Virus record (IMG/VR): IMGVR_UViG_3300043397_000067
Span: 16,015 to 80,014 of that record
From: a virus
Length of the DNA: 64,000 nucleotides
Direction: 5' to 3' (one strand)
Below the pieces are notes generated by a model. It was not told where the DNA came from. It saw only the letters and a list, made by a program, of their open reading frames with translations, and did not search any database. Below are positions 1 through 9,731 of this stretch, piece by piece. The translations under genes and the position numbers were made by a program. How positions within the stretch are numbered: the stretch's first letter is position 1; every line of letters begins with the position of its first letter.

Positions 1-648
1 AAGCACCAAGCGCTATACGAGAAAATGGTGGACGAGCAGTTACTGCTGCTACCAGATGGCACCAAGATTGACCTGACTGTAAGTTCAAGGTTAAGACACG
101 CTCTGCAGCAAGTCGTAGTTAATTACGATTATTACTCTGGGGACCCTACGGTAAGGGCAGCTATATTTGATATAGTTGATCAAACTATAGAAGAAGCCGG
201 TATAGAAAAGCCCGGTAACTCCAAATTGATTATTTGGACATACTACAAGCGCACATCAGCAAAAATGTTGGAGTACTTGAAGTCAATAGGCATATATGCT
301 GTAGGTGCGTACTCAGAAGTAGACTCTAACAAGTCTTTTCAAATCTTTGATAGTGACGAGAAGTGCCGGATACTTGTGGCCCAGCCGTCAAGTGCTGGTG
401 CCGGGCTTAATCCACAAGCTTATTGCTGGGAAGCGCTATTTGCGGAGATGTTTACAACACCTATGCTTATGACACAATCTGTAGGTCGCCTAGACCGAGT
501 TGGGCAGCTACACGTACCACGTATGCGGCTTGCCGTAGCACGGAATACTGTGCAAGTACGGTTGCACCAGATGCTGCTAACTAACGACGATACAGTATCC
601 AAGGTGGAAAATAAAAAGGCGTTGCGGGAGTACCTGATGGGGCGCTAA
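1..648 (+). CDS. SNF2/SF2-family helicase, C-terminal part (5' truncated by window)
   Basis: Frame open from base 1. Helicase motif V/VI-like ILVAQPSSAGAGLN and QSVGRLDRVGQ. Confidence 0.8.
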   Translation, partial: KHQALYEKMVDEQLLLLPDGTKIDLTVSSRLRHALQQVVVNYDYYSGDPTVRAAIFDIVDQTIEEAGIEKPGNSKLIIWTYYKRTSAKMLEYLKSIGIYAVGAYSEVDSNKSFQIFDSDEKCRILVAQPSSAGAGLNPQAYCWEALFAEMFTTPMLMTQSVGRLDRVGQLHVPRMRLAVARNTVQVRLHQMLLTNDDTVSKVENKKALREYLMGR

Positions 649-692
649 ATCCCAAATCTGAGCTAGAATCCGCCCCTTCATTCGAGGTTTTA

Positions 693-1181
693 ATGCAGAA
701 ATTTAACGGCCCACCTCCCCTAGTCCTTGAGTATTCGTTCGCAAACGAAAATGCCAAGCGACTAAACCACCCTTCTTACCTACGCTGGAAAGACTGCAAA
801 TCCAGCCATCGGTTCATGGTATGGGCCAACAAGCAGTTGGTCCACTACACCGTAAAGAATGGAGTACCAGTAGACATTACCAAGTTCAAGGTTGTAAGCT
901 TCTCAGCGGACAACGAGCAAGGTATGAGGACTAACTGGCTGTCTAGTAACGGGGACAAGTTCACAACTACTACTATGCCACTTGAGGTCATAGAAGGGTG
1001 CTTCCTTTACTCACCAAAGGTAAATGAAGTACGATACGTAGAAGTGGACGGCATCGACGTTCAAGACATACAGTGGTCTATGTGCTACAAAGTACCACAT
1101 AACCCTAAGCTTAAAGTAGAAGGTGGCACCACCCTCTGCGAAGAAGCCCAATTCAAATTTATGTTTGGAGAACATGTGTGA
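693..1181 (+). CDS. hypothetical protein (162 aa)
   Basis: ORF with GAGG RBS; overlaps the next start (GTGA). Confidence 0.6.
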   Translation: MQKFNGPPPLVLEYSFANENAKRLNHPSYLRWKDCKSSHRFMVWANKQLVHYTVKNGVPVDITKFKVVSFSADNEQGMRTNWLSSNGDKFTTTTMPLEVIEGCFLYSPKVNEVRYVEVDGIDVQDIQWSMCYKVPHNPKLKVEGGTTLCEEAQFKFMFGEHV

Positions 1182-4045
1182 CTCAGATGTACCGCTACTT
1201 TCAGCGTACAGGTGGGGAAGAAGCGTGGGAGCCAATACAGGCAAACCAGCCACTTGACCACATAAAGCCAACATTCATCACAGTTTTAACACTGGATACA
1301 CTCTTAGAGAAAGACGCAAAATCAGAAGTTACTGAGCTGGTAAAGTATCAAGGTCCACTATACTTCGACCTTGATAGCGACGATGTTACATATTCCATAG
1401 CAGGCGCTATTGAGCTACTTGAGAAGCTTAAAGAGCACGGCATAGAAGAAACAGACGTTGAGGTTTACCTGTCAGGCAAGAAAGGCTTGCACATTCTTGT
1501 ACCGCAAGAGTGCTTCATGGACAAGGTTATTCCGCTTGTCAAACTGCCTGCAGTGTACAAGGAAATAGCGTTTAAGATGGCTGTGGATACGATGGACTTT
1601 GCGGTATATACCGCAAAGAAAGGTCGTATGCTGCGTACCTGCTTTAACATTCGTGAGAATGGTAACTACCGGGTTCCTGTAACAGCGGCAGAGCTTCTGT
1701 CTCTTACACCAGAGACATACACAGAGTTCTGTAAAGAACAGCGGTACGTCACTCCACGTACCCCCCAGTACAGGCCGAGGTTTGCACTTGTATTTGATGC
1801 TGCCAAGCAGAAGATTGCACAGACAAAGAAGAAAAAGAGTAAGCCTGTAGACGCTGCCACCCTGAAACAGCACGAGCCAACGGTAAAGCGACTGATGGAC
1901 GGCGAGACAAACGGCGAGGTAAGCTTCAATAAGGCAGCTATCCAGCTTGCCTTATACGCCAGAGAAGCCCACCTCAATGAAGATCAGCTTGTCGCCGCCT
2001 GCCAAGGCCTGATTAACACCCACCAGTCTGACGGTACACGCTACAATACGCCAAATAAGCGGGAGCGTGAGCTTCGGCGTATGGTGGCCTACGTAGAAGA
2101 TAATGGCGGCTATGACTACAGCATCGGACCCATCAGGTCTATGTTAGCCAAAGAAGCCGTTCCTGAGGGTTTCACAGAGTCTGATGAAGGAGCATTCTCC
2201 TCTACCGGTGTAGCTATCGAAGGAGGAAGATACCTAGTCCTAGGCGGAGATTCTGGAGATAAGCGTATCCTTGACGCTACGTTCCAAGATATTGAAGTGC
2301 TTAGGTCAGTCTCTGACGAGAGTATTCTGTGCCTAACTGCAAGGCTCGTAAGAGCCGGAGCAGACACCGGGAACAGAGTTTCTATGGAGAGAGCAGACTT
2401 TACAAGCAGTGCCAGCCTGCACAGACTTGTATCAGGGCAGGGTTTATCTTTTACAGGCTCGGACATTCATGCCAGAGGGATTTATGAAATTATGCTCAGA
2501 TACATAAGCAAGAAGTCTTACGCAGTAGAGAGCGAAGGCGTAAACATTATCAAGGTGCGAAATGCAGAAGAGGAAGAACTCCGCGAAGGCGTAGTAGCTT
2601 GGGTAGATTCTTCCGGTGTACGGATGCCAGATCATGTAAAGGATTATGGTTATAACTTTACATTTCAAGGCTACCCCTCACCGGAGGGCGTACTTAAGAC
2701 TGACCTCTCTTATGCACCAAACCTTGTAACGTACCTTAAAGAACCTGAGAACTACGAGGCTTTCAAGACAATGATTGTCAGCCTTATACATTCTCAATCT
2801 CCTAGTGCAGTAGCCAAGCTACTTGGCTGGTGCATTGCTTGCTTTTGGCGTCCTATGTTCCACGAGGTACATGGCAAGTTTCCGTTGCTGCACATCAACG
2901 GAAGCGCGGGAGCAGGTAAGACTGAGTTTACGTCTGCTATGGCAAGGCTCTTCTATCACAAAAATGCACCATTCGTTACATCACCATCCAGTACCACCTT
3001 CAGTACGCTATGCGCTATCGCAGGAAGCTCTTCGATACCAGTTATCATTGACGAGTACAAGCCTACCGAAATGGGGTCCCAGAAGCACGGAATCTATAAG
3101 GGTATGTTCCGTGACGCCTACAACATGCGTGACACAGCACGGGGCGGCGGCAACCGTACCAAGGACGCATTCAACGCCCTTAACGTATGTACTATGTCGG
3201 CCCCAATTATCTTCCTTGCGGAAGCAATGGAGACAGAAACAGCGTTACTTGAACGGGTAGTACTGTTGACTTTGACAAGGCCAAGTTCTCTTACGTCATA
3301 CAAGACATACGGGTCCTTTGCCAAGTTCAAGGAGTCCGGTGAACCACTATCCGCACTAGGCTTGTACTTTGCAAACATTGTATCGCGTAGGTACAATAAG
3401 GAGCAGTTCCGCGCAGAGTTCAATGAGATATACAACCAGAACAGGGAACGTCACCTGATTATTCCGGGCTTGGATATGGATGCTATGTCGGAGGATGACT
3501 TCAAGGTCAGGGCCTCTAACCGTGAGCGTAGCGTCTATAACTACTCTGTAGCCTTGTTCGGTATCAGGAAACTTGAGCAAGTCCTTCGGAACGTATTCAA
3601 GGACGAGTTTGACGCTGTTTGTGGAAAGTGGTTCGCCATTAGCACTGACGCTGTATTTGCGCGTATGGGTGACATTAACGCTACTACAGTACCTGAGTAC
3701 ATCAAGGTTCTGCAGATAATGTCTGATATAACCCGTATCGTACTAGACGGTCCTGCTCACATGCGAGACGGCTTTGAGTACGCCTTGTATGACACTGGCG
3801 GATTCAAGACTATACACCTCGCTGTACGCCCTATATACTCAAAGTATAGGTCCTATTGTAGGACAGTAGGGGTCAATCCTCTGTTCTATGATGACGGCGC
3901 TTTTGCACATGCGTTAAGGGATTCGCCTTACTTTATACGCAGGGATATACGGACAAGAGCCTTGCAGACGGATACCGTGGTCCTTGACTATGAATCACTT
4001 TTACGGGCCGGGGTGGAAACTTTCCAAGGAAGATTCTACACTTAG
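1178..4045 (+). CDS. AEP-family primase-polymerase fused to P-loop helicase
   Basis: AEP motifs YFDLD and SGKKGLH at the N-terminus; Walker A GSAGAGKT and Walker B VIIDE in the C-terminal half. Confidence 0.8.
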   Translation: MTQMYRYFQRTGGEEAWEPIQANQPLDHIKPTFITVLTLDTLLEKDAKSEVTELVKYQGPLYFDLDSDDVTYSIAGAIELLEKLKEHGIEETDVEVYLSGKKGLHILVPQECFMDKVIPLVKLPAVYKEIAFKMAVDTMDFAVYTAKKGRMLRTCFNIRENGNYRVPVTAAELLSLTPETYTEFCKEQRYVTPRTPQYRPRFALVFDAAKQKIAQTKKKKSKPVDAATLKQHEPTVKRLMDGETNGEVSFNKAAIQLALYAREAHLNEDQLVAACQGLINTHQSDGTRYNTPNKRERELRRMVAYVEDNGGYDYSIGPIRSMLAKEAVPEGFTESDEGAFSSTGVAIEGGRYLVLGGDSGDKRILDATFQDIEVLRSVSDESILCLTARLVRAGADTGNRVSMERADFTSSASLHRLVSGQGLSFTGSDIHARGIYEIMLRYISKKSYAVESEGVNIIKVRNAEEEELREGVVAWVDSSGVRMPDHVKDYGYNFTFQGYPSPEGVLKTDLSYAPNLVTYLKEPENYEAFKTMIVSLIHSQSPSAVAKLLGWCIACFWRPMFHEVHGKFPLLHINGSAGAGKTEFTSAMARLFYHKNAPFVTSPSSTTFSTLCAIAGSSSIPVIIDEYKPTEMGSQKHGIYKGMFRDAYNMRDTARGGGNRTKDAFNALNVCTMSAPIIFLAEAMETETALLERVVLLTLTRPSSLTSYKTYGSFAKFKESGEPLSALGLYFANIVSRRYNKEQFRAEFNEIYNQNRERHLIIPGLDMDAMSEDDFKVRASNRERSVYNYSVALFGIRKLEQVLRNVFKDEFDAVCGKWFAISTDAVFARMGDINATTVPEYIKVLQIMSDITRIVLDGPAHMRDGFEYALYDTGGFKTIHLAVRPIYSKYRSYCRTVGVNPLFYDDGAFAHALRDSPYFIRRDIRTRALQTDTVVLDYESLLRAGVETFQGRFYT

Positions 4046-4137
4046 TCACCCAATTTTGGAAATGTGTAATATAATTTCCAACATGACAGCACGGAATAGA
4101 CGGCACAAACTTCAACTACACTGAAAGCGATAGCAAA

Positions 4138-4875
4138 ATGGGTCTTCTTAACCAAACTCCCGCCTTTGAGGCAGAAAATGATGGCAGCACCAGCACCAGC
4201 CCCGATACCAGCGCAGCACCCGCTGCCGCCACTGACACGAAAAAAGAAGCCGCAGCCAGCGCCCCCGCTGCTACACCTCCAGCCGTAAGGCCGTCAGGCG
4301 CTCTCTCCACCGCAGGCGCTAAGGGCAACATGAACGCCCTCGTGGAGATGAAAGACGCTCTCAAGGTGGACTACAACACACTTGCACAGGTAACCACTAC
4401 TAACGGCAACTTTGTGGAACGCGAAGGCAAGATCGTTATGGGTGACACCGTGGTGTTTGAACTGCTGTCCTTCCAAGATAGCTTCGTGGTATCACCGGAA
4501 GATGACAAGGCACCGAAAGAACTCGTCAAGTACTCCGACGACGGCATCACTACCAAAGACGGAATCCCCGTCCAAGAAGCCCTTGACGAGTTGTTCAAGA
4601 CTGGCTGGGTCAAAGCCCGGCTGCGTCGCCGCACAGTGCTTGTCGGTGCCATTGAGTCTGCTGCAAAGACTGACAAGTTCAATAACGAACTGATGCAGTT
4701 CGACTTGTCTCCCGCTTCCCGTACACAGTGGGAGCGCTACATGGCCAATGCAGCGTACCAGCTCAAGGTTGGCCGCTTGACGGAAGACCGCGCTAAGCGG
4801 GTGAAAGCTACGGCTGAACTCGCACAGAACGGCAGCAACACCTACACGCTGGCCAAGTTTGTGGCTGCTGCCTAA
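4138..4875 (+). CDS. replication-module protein, possibly ssDNA-binding
   Basis: Position in the replication module; low-complexity A/T/P N-terminus; TATAAT at ~4070 upstream. No diagnostic motif recognised. Confidence 0.35.
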   Translation: MGLLNQTPAFEAENDGSTSTSPDTSAAPAAATDTKKEAAASAPAATPPAVRPSGALSTAGAKGNMNALVEMKDALKVDYNTLAQVTTTNGNFVEREGKIVMGDTVVFELLSFQDSFVVSPEDDKAPKELVKYSDDGITTKDGIPVQEALDELFKTGWVKARLRRRTVLVGAIESAAKTDKFNNELMQFDLSPASRTQWERYMANAAYQLKVGRLTEDRAKRVKATAELAQNGSNTYTLAKFVAAA

Positions 4876-4884
4876 AGGCTACGT

Positions 4885-4960
4885 GGGACGGTAGCATAAC
4901 GGTTAGTGCCGTGACCTCATAAGTCATAAGGTGTAGGTTCAACTCCTATCCGTCCCACCA
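4885..4960 (+). tRNA. tRNA with CAU anticodon (elongator Met or Ile2)
   Basis: Full cloverleaf: acceptor GGGACGG/CCGTCCC, D stem GCAT/GTGC, anticodon arm GTGAC-CTCATAA-GTCAT, T arm GTAGG-TTCAACT-CCTAT, encoded CCA; 76 nt. Confidence 0.92.
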
Positions 4961-4966
4961 ACTAAC

Positions 4967-5620
4967 ATGCAAGAGTATTACATTCTTGATACGGAAACTG
5001 CAGGCCTTAAAGGGCCTGTAGTTGAGTTGGCGTTTCTGGTTGTAGATAAAGACCTGAACGTAAAGCGTGAGTTCTGTGAGCGCTTTAACCCCGGAGTGCC
5101 CATTGAGCCGGGAGCATCTGCAATACATGGCATCTACGATGCGGACGTTGCAGACTGCAGGAGCATTCAAGACGCTATTGCAGAGATGGAGTTAGAGCCT
5201 ATATCGGTAGTATGTCATAATGCCCCATTTGATGTACGGATGATACAGGATGACCTGCCTGTAGTGCGTAGCTTGTGTACACTGGCACTGTCAAGGCAGT
5301 ATGTTAAAGGTACGACTAACCACAAGCTTGAGACTCTAAAGAAAGAGCTTAGCTTCTCAGAGCAGACCTCGCACTCTGCACTTGGTGACGTTTACACCGT
5401 GCTGGACCTTCTCAAGTACATCTTGCCTATGACAAGTTTGGACCTTGAGACGCTGTTTGAGCGTGGTAGCAAACCCCGTATGCTCTCTCATATGTACTTT
5501 GGGGAGCATAAGGGTAAGCCGATGCTCAAAGTACCAAAGCAGTATAGAGATTGGCTGCTTAGCCGTGCAGAGCTTGATAAGGACCTTCGTTACACACTTG
5601 AAAGACTGAAAGACCTATGA
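4967..5620 (+). CDS. DEDDh 3'-5' exonuclease (ExoX/Pol III epsilon-like)
   Basis: LDTET, HNAPFD, HSALGD motifs; C-terminal FGEHKGKP module typical of ExoX-like proteins. Confidence 0.88.
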   Translation: MQEYYILDTETAGLKGPVVELAFLVVDKDLNVKREFCERFNPGVPIEPGASAIHGIYDADVADCRSIQDAIAEMELEPISVVCHNAPFDVRMIQDDLPVVRSLCTLALSRQYVKGTTNHKLETLKKELSFSEQTSHSALGDVYTVLDLLKYILPMTSLDLETLFERGSKPRMLSHMYFGEHKGKPMLKVPKQYRDWLLSRAELDKDLRYTLERLKDL

Positions 5621-6060
5621 GCTTTTCTGAACAAATCCAGCAGTTCAATACCATGTATCGACTGCCGTGCCCTAGCAAGCCTACGCTAGAAGCTGTGGGC
5701 AACCCGATTGACCGGCTTATCAAGTTCCGCAAGACCCTGCAAGACGAGCTTGACGAGAACCTTGAGATTATCGGCCTGATTCAGGAGTACCAGAAGAACC
5801 CTACCGGCGAGAACTACCTTGCTGCACTGGTAGCAGTAGCTGACTGGCTCGGGGACATTCAGGTGTATGCAGCGAGTGAGATGGCTAAGTTTGGCCTGCC
5901 AAACGATCAAGTGCTTAACCTGATTATGAAAAGCAACTTCTCCAAGCAAAACCCCGATGGTAGTACAACGTATGACGAATATGGCAAGGTCCAGAAAGGC
6001 CCGGCGTACTGGAAGCCAGAACCTTCTATTGCGGAAGAACTACGCAGCCGCATGGTCTGA
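5617..6060 (+). CDS. MazG-like / PRA-PH-like NTP pyrophosphohydrolase
   Basis: ELDE...DWLGD acidic helices, SNFSK and GKVQKGPAYWKP motifs. Confidence 0.8.
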   Translation: MSFSEQIQQFNTMYRLPCPSKPTLEAVGNPIDRLIKFRKTLQDELDENLEIIGLIQEYQKNPTGENYLAALVAVADWLGDIQVYAASEMAKFGLPNDQVLNLIMKSNFSKQNPDGSTTYDEYGKVQKGPAYWKPEPSIAEELRSRMV

Positions 6061-6078
6061 GTAGTAGTAACTAAACAT

Positions 6079-6100
6079 AAGCCCTCTACGGAGGGCTTTT
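6079..6100 (+). terminator. Rho-independent terminator
   Basis: AAGCCCTC-TACG-GAGGGCTT followed by TT. Confidence 0.6.
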
Positions 6101-6116
6101 CTCGTGGAGATTTAAG

Positions 6117-6593
6117 ATGGCAGAAAAAGACCCAAGCGGATTAGATGCACATGCACCCGGCGCTAAACTCGACGCTGGAAAGACAAGACCTTGGCTAATG
6201 GAGTCCGGCTTCGCAAGGGCACTTGAGGAAGTTGCCAAGGTAACTACAGTGGGCGCTATCAAGTACACACCGAACGGTTGGGCGCAGGTAGAAGACGGTC
6301 CATCCCGGTACATGGAAGCCTTTGGCCGTCACAAAACCGCACTTGGCAAGGGTGAAATACTGGATGACGGACCTAGCGGTACAGGCTGCTACCATAAGGC
6401 TCAAATGATCTGGAACCTGCTTGCAAGCTTCGAGCTTGAGCTACGGGCGCGGGATGCGGTTAAGACGCAGCTAACTACCCCTGGCGGTGCCGGTGGCATA
6501 ACCATGATACCAAACCCACCGGGTCTAACTATTCAAGAGCAGCATAAGCGTTTATGTGCTGGGGACTTCTCCCTCGGCTATCCAAAGGATTAA
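6117..6593 (+). CDS. dATP/dGTP diphosphohydrolase domain protein (DUF5664-like)
   Basis: GAKLDAGK..W.L, VAKVTTVGAIKY...W, FGRH, H.AQMIWN motifs. Confidence 0.75.
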   Translation: MAEKDPSGLDAHAPGAKLDAGKTRPWLMESGFARALEEVAKVTTVGAIKYTPNGWAQVEDGPSRYMEAFGRHKTALGKGEILDDGPSGTGCYHKAQMIWNLLASFELELRARDAVKTQLTTPGGAGGITMIPNPPGLTIQEQHKRLCAGDFSLGYPKD

Positions 6594-6594
6594 T

Positions 6595-9500
6595 ATGAAA
6601 ATAGCAGTAGACCTTTCCTCAGTCATCTGGAACTGCATGAATGCAGGTACAGACCCACAGCAATACAAGGTAGAGTACGAAGGCAAGAGCTTCACTGTAC
6701 GCACTGCTGCACACGGTTACGAGTATGCCGTGAACTCTATCAAGTCTGTGCTAGACAAATACAACGCCTCTCCCCGTGACCTTATCATCGTGATCGAGGG
6801 TGCCAACAGCAAGGCTCCACGCTTGATGATCGACAAGGATTACAAGTCCCAGCGCGGCAAGCGGTGCCCAGAGCAGTATCAAGAGTTTGGCCTGCTGCGT
6901 GACCGACTCGTGACCTTGTTTCGTAACCTTGGAGCCTTGGCCATCCAGCAAGACAACGTAGAAGGTGATGACGTTATTGCATGGCTAGCCAAAACCTACC
7001 CCGGCAAGCTAGTCATTAAGACTACTGATAACGACATGGCTGCGCTTAATAGCGACCGCGTTATCGTAGACATTGCAGGGGATGCTGCCGTCAATAAGTA
7101 CGGAGACTTTCCTTTTGAGTACGTCACGCTTTACAAAGCGATGGTGGGGGATTCTAGCGATAACATTAAGGGTATCAAGGGCTTTGGTCCAGCAGCTTGG
7201 ATTGACTTTGACCGTCAGTTCGGTGCCGCTGGCATGAAGGAGCTTACCCGACTTGCTGAGAAGGGTTCACTGGAAGAGCTGGCACTGGAAGCTACTCAAA
7301 ATGATATGGTAGCGCGTATCTATGAAGGCGCAGAAGACTTTCTGCGTAGCTACCAGTGTGCCAAGATGCACCCGGAGTGGGTCAATACCTTGAGCAACCC
7401 CATAACATACCTTCCGGGACTTGTTCAGCCTACCTGTGATGACGAGCGACTGGCTAAGTACAAGGCACAGATGCGTCTTATCACTGCGGATAACTACGAC
7501 GCTGCAGTCGCGTTCTTTAAGTCCAAGATTACAGAGACTGCATACTTCCCGATTGACCTTGAAACTTCTACACCGGAAGAAAGTGACGACTGGCTTGCAG
7601 CCGCTGGCTCAGACAGAGTAGACGTTATCGCATCTAAGATCACTGGAGGCTCTGTTAGCTTTGGAGCCAACGGGCAATACGCTTACTATATATCGGTGGA
7701 CCACAAGGACACAAATAACGTCACCATGAAGCAGTTTGGTGACCTACTACGCTTGATACCTACAGATAAACTGTCAGTAGCGCACAACGCTCAAGGCTTT
7801 GAGCTGCCAGTGCTGTTCATGGAGTTTGGTCAGGAGTGGGCTGATAATGGCTGGCGTGGGTTCTTTCCTAACCTAGTTGACTCTCGCATCGCCGCATCAC
7901 ACTGGGACGAGAACCAGTTCAGCTTTGGCTTGAAGACGCTGACCAAGAAGCTGTTTGGCTACGATCAGACTAGCTACGCCGAGGTTACTGGTGGCCTCAA
8001 GATGAATCAGATACCGGCCACACAGGTACTTGCTTACGGCTGCGATGACGTATATACGTCGGGCGCTTTGTGGGACTTCTTCTCTTTCATCATGACTATC
8101 GAAGGTACACTCGATGCGTTCATAGAGATTGAGCAAAAGCCCATGTACCTGCAGGCGCTGTCTTACTGCCAAGGCATCAAACTTGACATGCCGAAGCTGC
8201 AACAGCTATCAGCAGCAGACCAAGAGCTTGAGAAAGTGCAGCAAGTCGTTCTTGACAAGAGCCTTATCAAGCTGGGCTGGGAAGGCACTGTATGCCCTAC
8301 TTATGTAGAGCTTACACCTGCAAATGTAAAGGAAGCCGTACAGATCATCTCTGGCATTGAGCTTAAGACTGCAGTACGCACCATCAGCAAGTTATCTCAA
8401 ATGGTTCGTGAGACTGGCAACGAGCAGTGTATTCTGCTAGCTAACCTCATTGACAGCAATGACGTTGTTGGCATTAATGCACTGGTAGCTACGCACTTCT
8501 CTGGCCACCCAGAGATGAACGTAGGTAGTCCAAAGCAGCTTAAGGAGTTACTGTACGACAAGCTTGGTATGCCGGTGCGCCTGCGTAACAAGCCTACGCA
8601 GGCTATGCGAGACAAAGGCATTCGAGAAGGTACACCCCGTACCGATGAAGACGCTGTTAAGATGGCCATCAAGATGGGAGATGTTCCAGAGGAGCATGTA
8701 GACGCCTTGAAGGCTCTCATGGAACTCAAGTTCATCAATACGCGCCGCTCGCTGTATTGGGATGCCTACCCTAAGCTGCTGCACTGGAAGACTGGCAGGC
8801 TACACCCAGAGCTGCGCCAAAGTGCTACAAACACACGGCGCTATGCTGGGTCTGCCCCCAACATCCAGCAGCAAGACTCTACTCCGGGCGGTGTACGCTC
8901 TACCTGCATACCACACAAGCGCAACGCTATTGTGGTATCACTAGATGAGTCTGCACAAGAGGTTAGGCAACTTGCTGACTACTGCCAAGACGCTAACTTG
9001 CTTACGTGTTACCTTGGCACCAAGGAGCAGCTACGTGACGTTCACTCTATCGTAGCGTGTAAGATCGCAGGCTGCACATACGAGGAGTTCCGTGCCCGGC
9101 TCAAGTCCGGTGATGAGCTATCTGCCAAACAGCGTCAAGCTGCTAAGATTACCTTGTTCGCTACGATCTACGGCGCTGCTGCACCTAAGATTGCAGAAGG
9201 CTTGGGTATCACGGAAGCAGAGGCTCAGGAGTACATCGACGCCATTTATGCACAGTTCCCTGATGTTAAGGCGTGGAAAGAGGCATCGGAAGACCAAGCT
9301 CGTAGGCTTGGCTTCGTCGAGATTCACGGCGGCACTATTCGCCACCTTGCTTCGCTTGTCCTGTCAGATGACAAGTACACAGCAGCCAAGGCTATGCGCC
9401 AAGCAGGTAACGCCCGGATTCAAGGCGCTGGCGGCAACCAGATCAAGCGTATCATGTCACGCATCTGGGATAGCCGCTTGATTGAGGACTACGATTACCG

Positions 9501-9723
9501 CTGGTACTTCTCAGTACATGACGAGACTGTTCACAGCGTAGCCCGTGAACACGCAGTGCCTGTTATCAAGATACTGCACGGCTTTATGACAGAGCAGTTC
9601 TTGAAGACCGTGCCAAGTGCGTCATCCATTGGTGTAGGCCGCAGCTTCGGTGAGCTGAATGAGCTTGGCGAAGTATTTGATGAAGAAGCTATAGCTAAGG
9701 CTGTAGAAGCCATCTTTCAATAA
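6595..9723 (+). CDS. polA: family A DNA polymerase with 5'-3' nuclease and 3'-5' exonuclease domains
   Basis: 5' nuclease EGDD, TDND, GDSSDNIKG; exonuclease DLET, AHNA..F, YGCDD; polymerase motif A DESAQEVR, B RQAAKITLFATIYG, C VHDE. ATG at 6595 after an AAGGA RBS. Confidence 0.93.
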   Translation: MKIAVDLSSVIWNCMNAGTDPQQYKVEYEGKSFTVRTAAHGYEYAVNSIKSVLDKYNASPRDLIIVIEGANSKAPRLMIDKDYKSQRGKRCPEQYQEFGLLRDRLVTLFRNLGALAIQQDNVEGDDVIAWLAKTYPGKLVIKTTDNDMAALNSDRVIVDIAGDAAVNKYGDFPFEYVTLYKAMVGDSSDNIKGIKGFGPAAWIDFDRQFGAAGMKELTRLAEKGSLEELALEATQNDMVARIYEGAEDFLRSYQCAKMHPEWVNTLSNPITYLPGLVQPTCDDERLAKYKAQMRLITADNYDAAVAFFKSKITETAYFPIDLETSTPEESDDWLAAAGSDRVDVIASKITGGSVSFGANGQYAYYISVDHKDTNNVTMKQFGDLLRLIPTDKLSVAHNAQGFELPVLFMEFGQEWADNGWRGFFPNLVDSRIAASHWDENQFSFGLKTLTKKLFGYDQTSYAEVTGGLKMNQIPATQVLAYGCDDVYTSGALWDFFSFIMTIEGTLDAFIEIEQKPMYLQALSYCQGIKLDMPKLQQLSAADQELEKVQQVVLDKSLIKLGWEGTVCPTYVELTPANVKEAVQIISGIELKTAVRTISKLSQMVRETGNEQCILLANLIDSNDVVGINALVATHFSGHPEMNVGSPKQLKELLYDKLGMPVRLRNKPTQAMRDKGIREGTPRTDEDAVKMAIKMGDVPEEHVDALKALMELKFINTRRSLYWDAYPKLLHWKTGRLHPELRQSATNTRRYAGSAPNIQQQDSTPGGVRSTCIPHKRNAIVVSLDESAQEVRQLADYCQDANLLTCYLGTKEQLRDVHSIVACKIAGCTYEEFRARLKSGDELSAKQRQAAKITLFATIYGAAAPKIAEGLGITEAEAQEYIDAIYAQFPDVKAWKEASEDQARRLGFVEIHGGTIRHLASLVLSDDKYTAAKAMRQAGNARIQGAGGNQIKRIMSRIWDSRLIEDYDYRWYFSVHDETVHSVAREHAVPVIKILHGFMTEQFLKTVPSASSIGVGRSFGELNELGEVFDEEAIAKAVEAIFQ

Positions 9724-9731
9724 GGACCATA

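Noticed and set aside
4885-4960. tRNA as a prophage attachment site
   Set aside because: No integrase, no duplicated 3' end and no host genes; phage genes are continuous on both sides.
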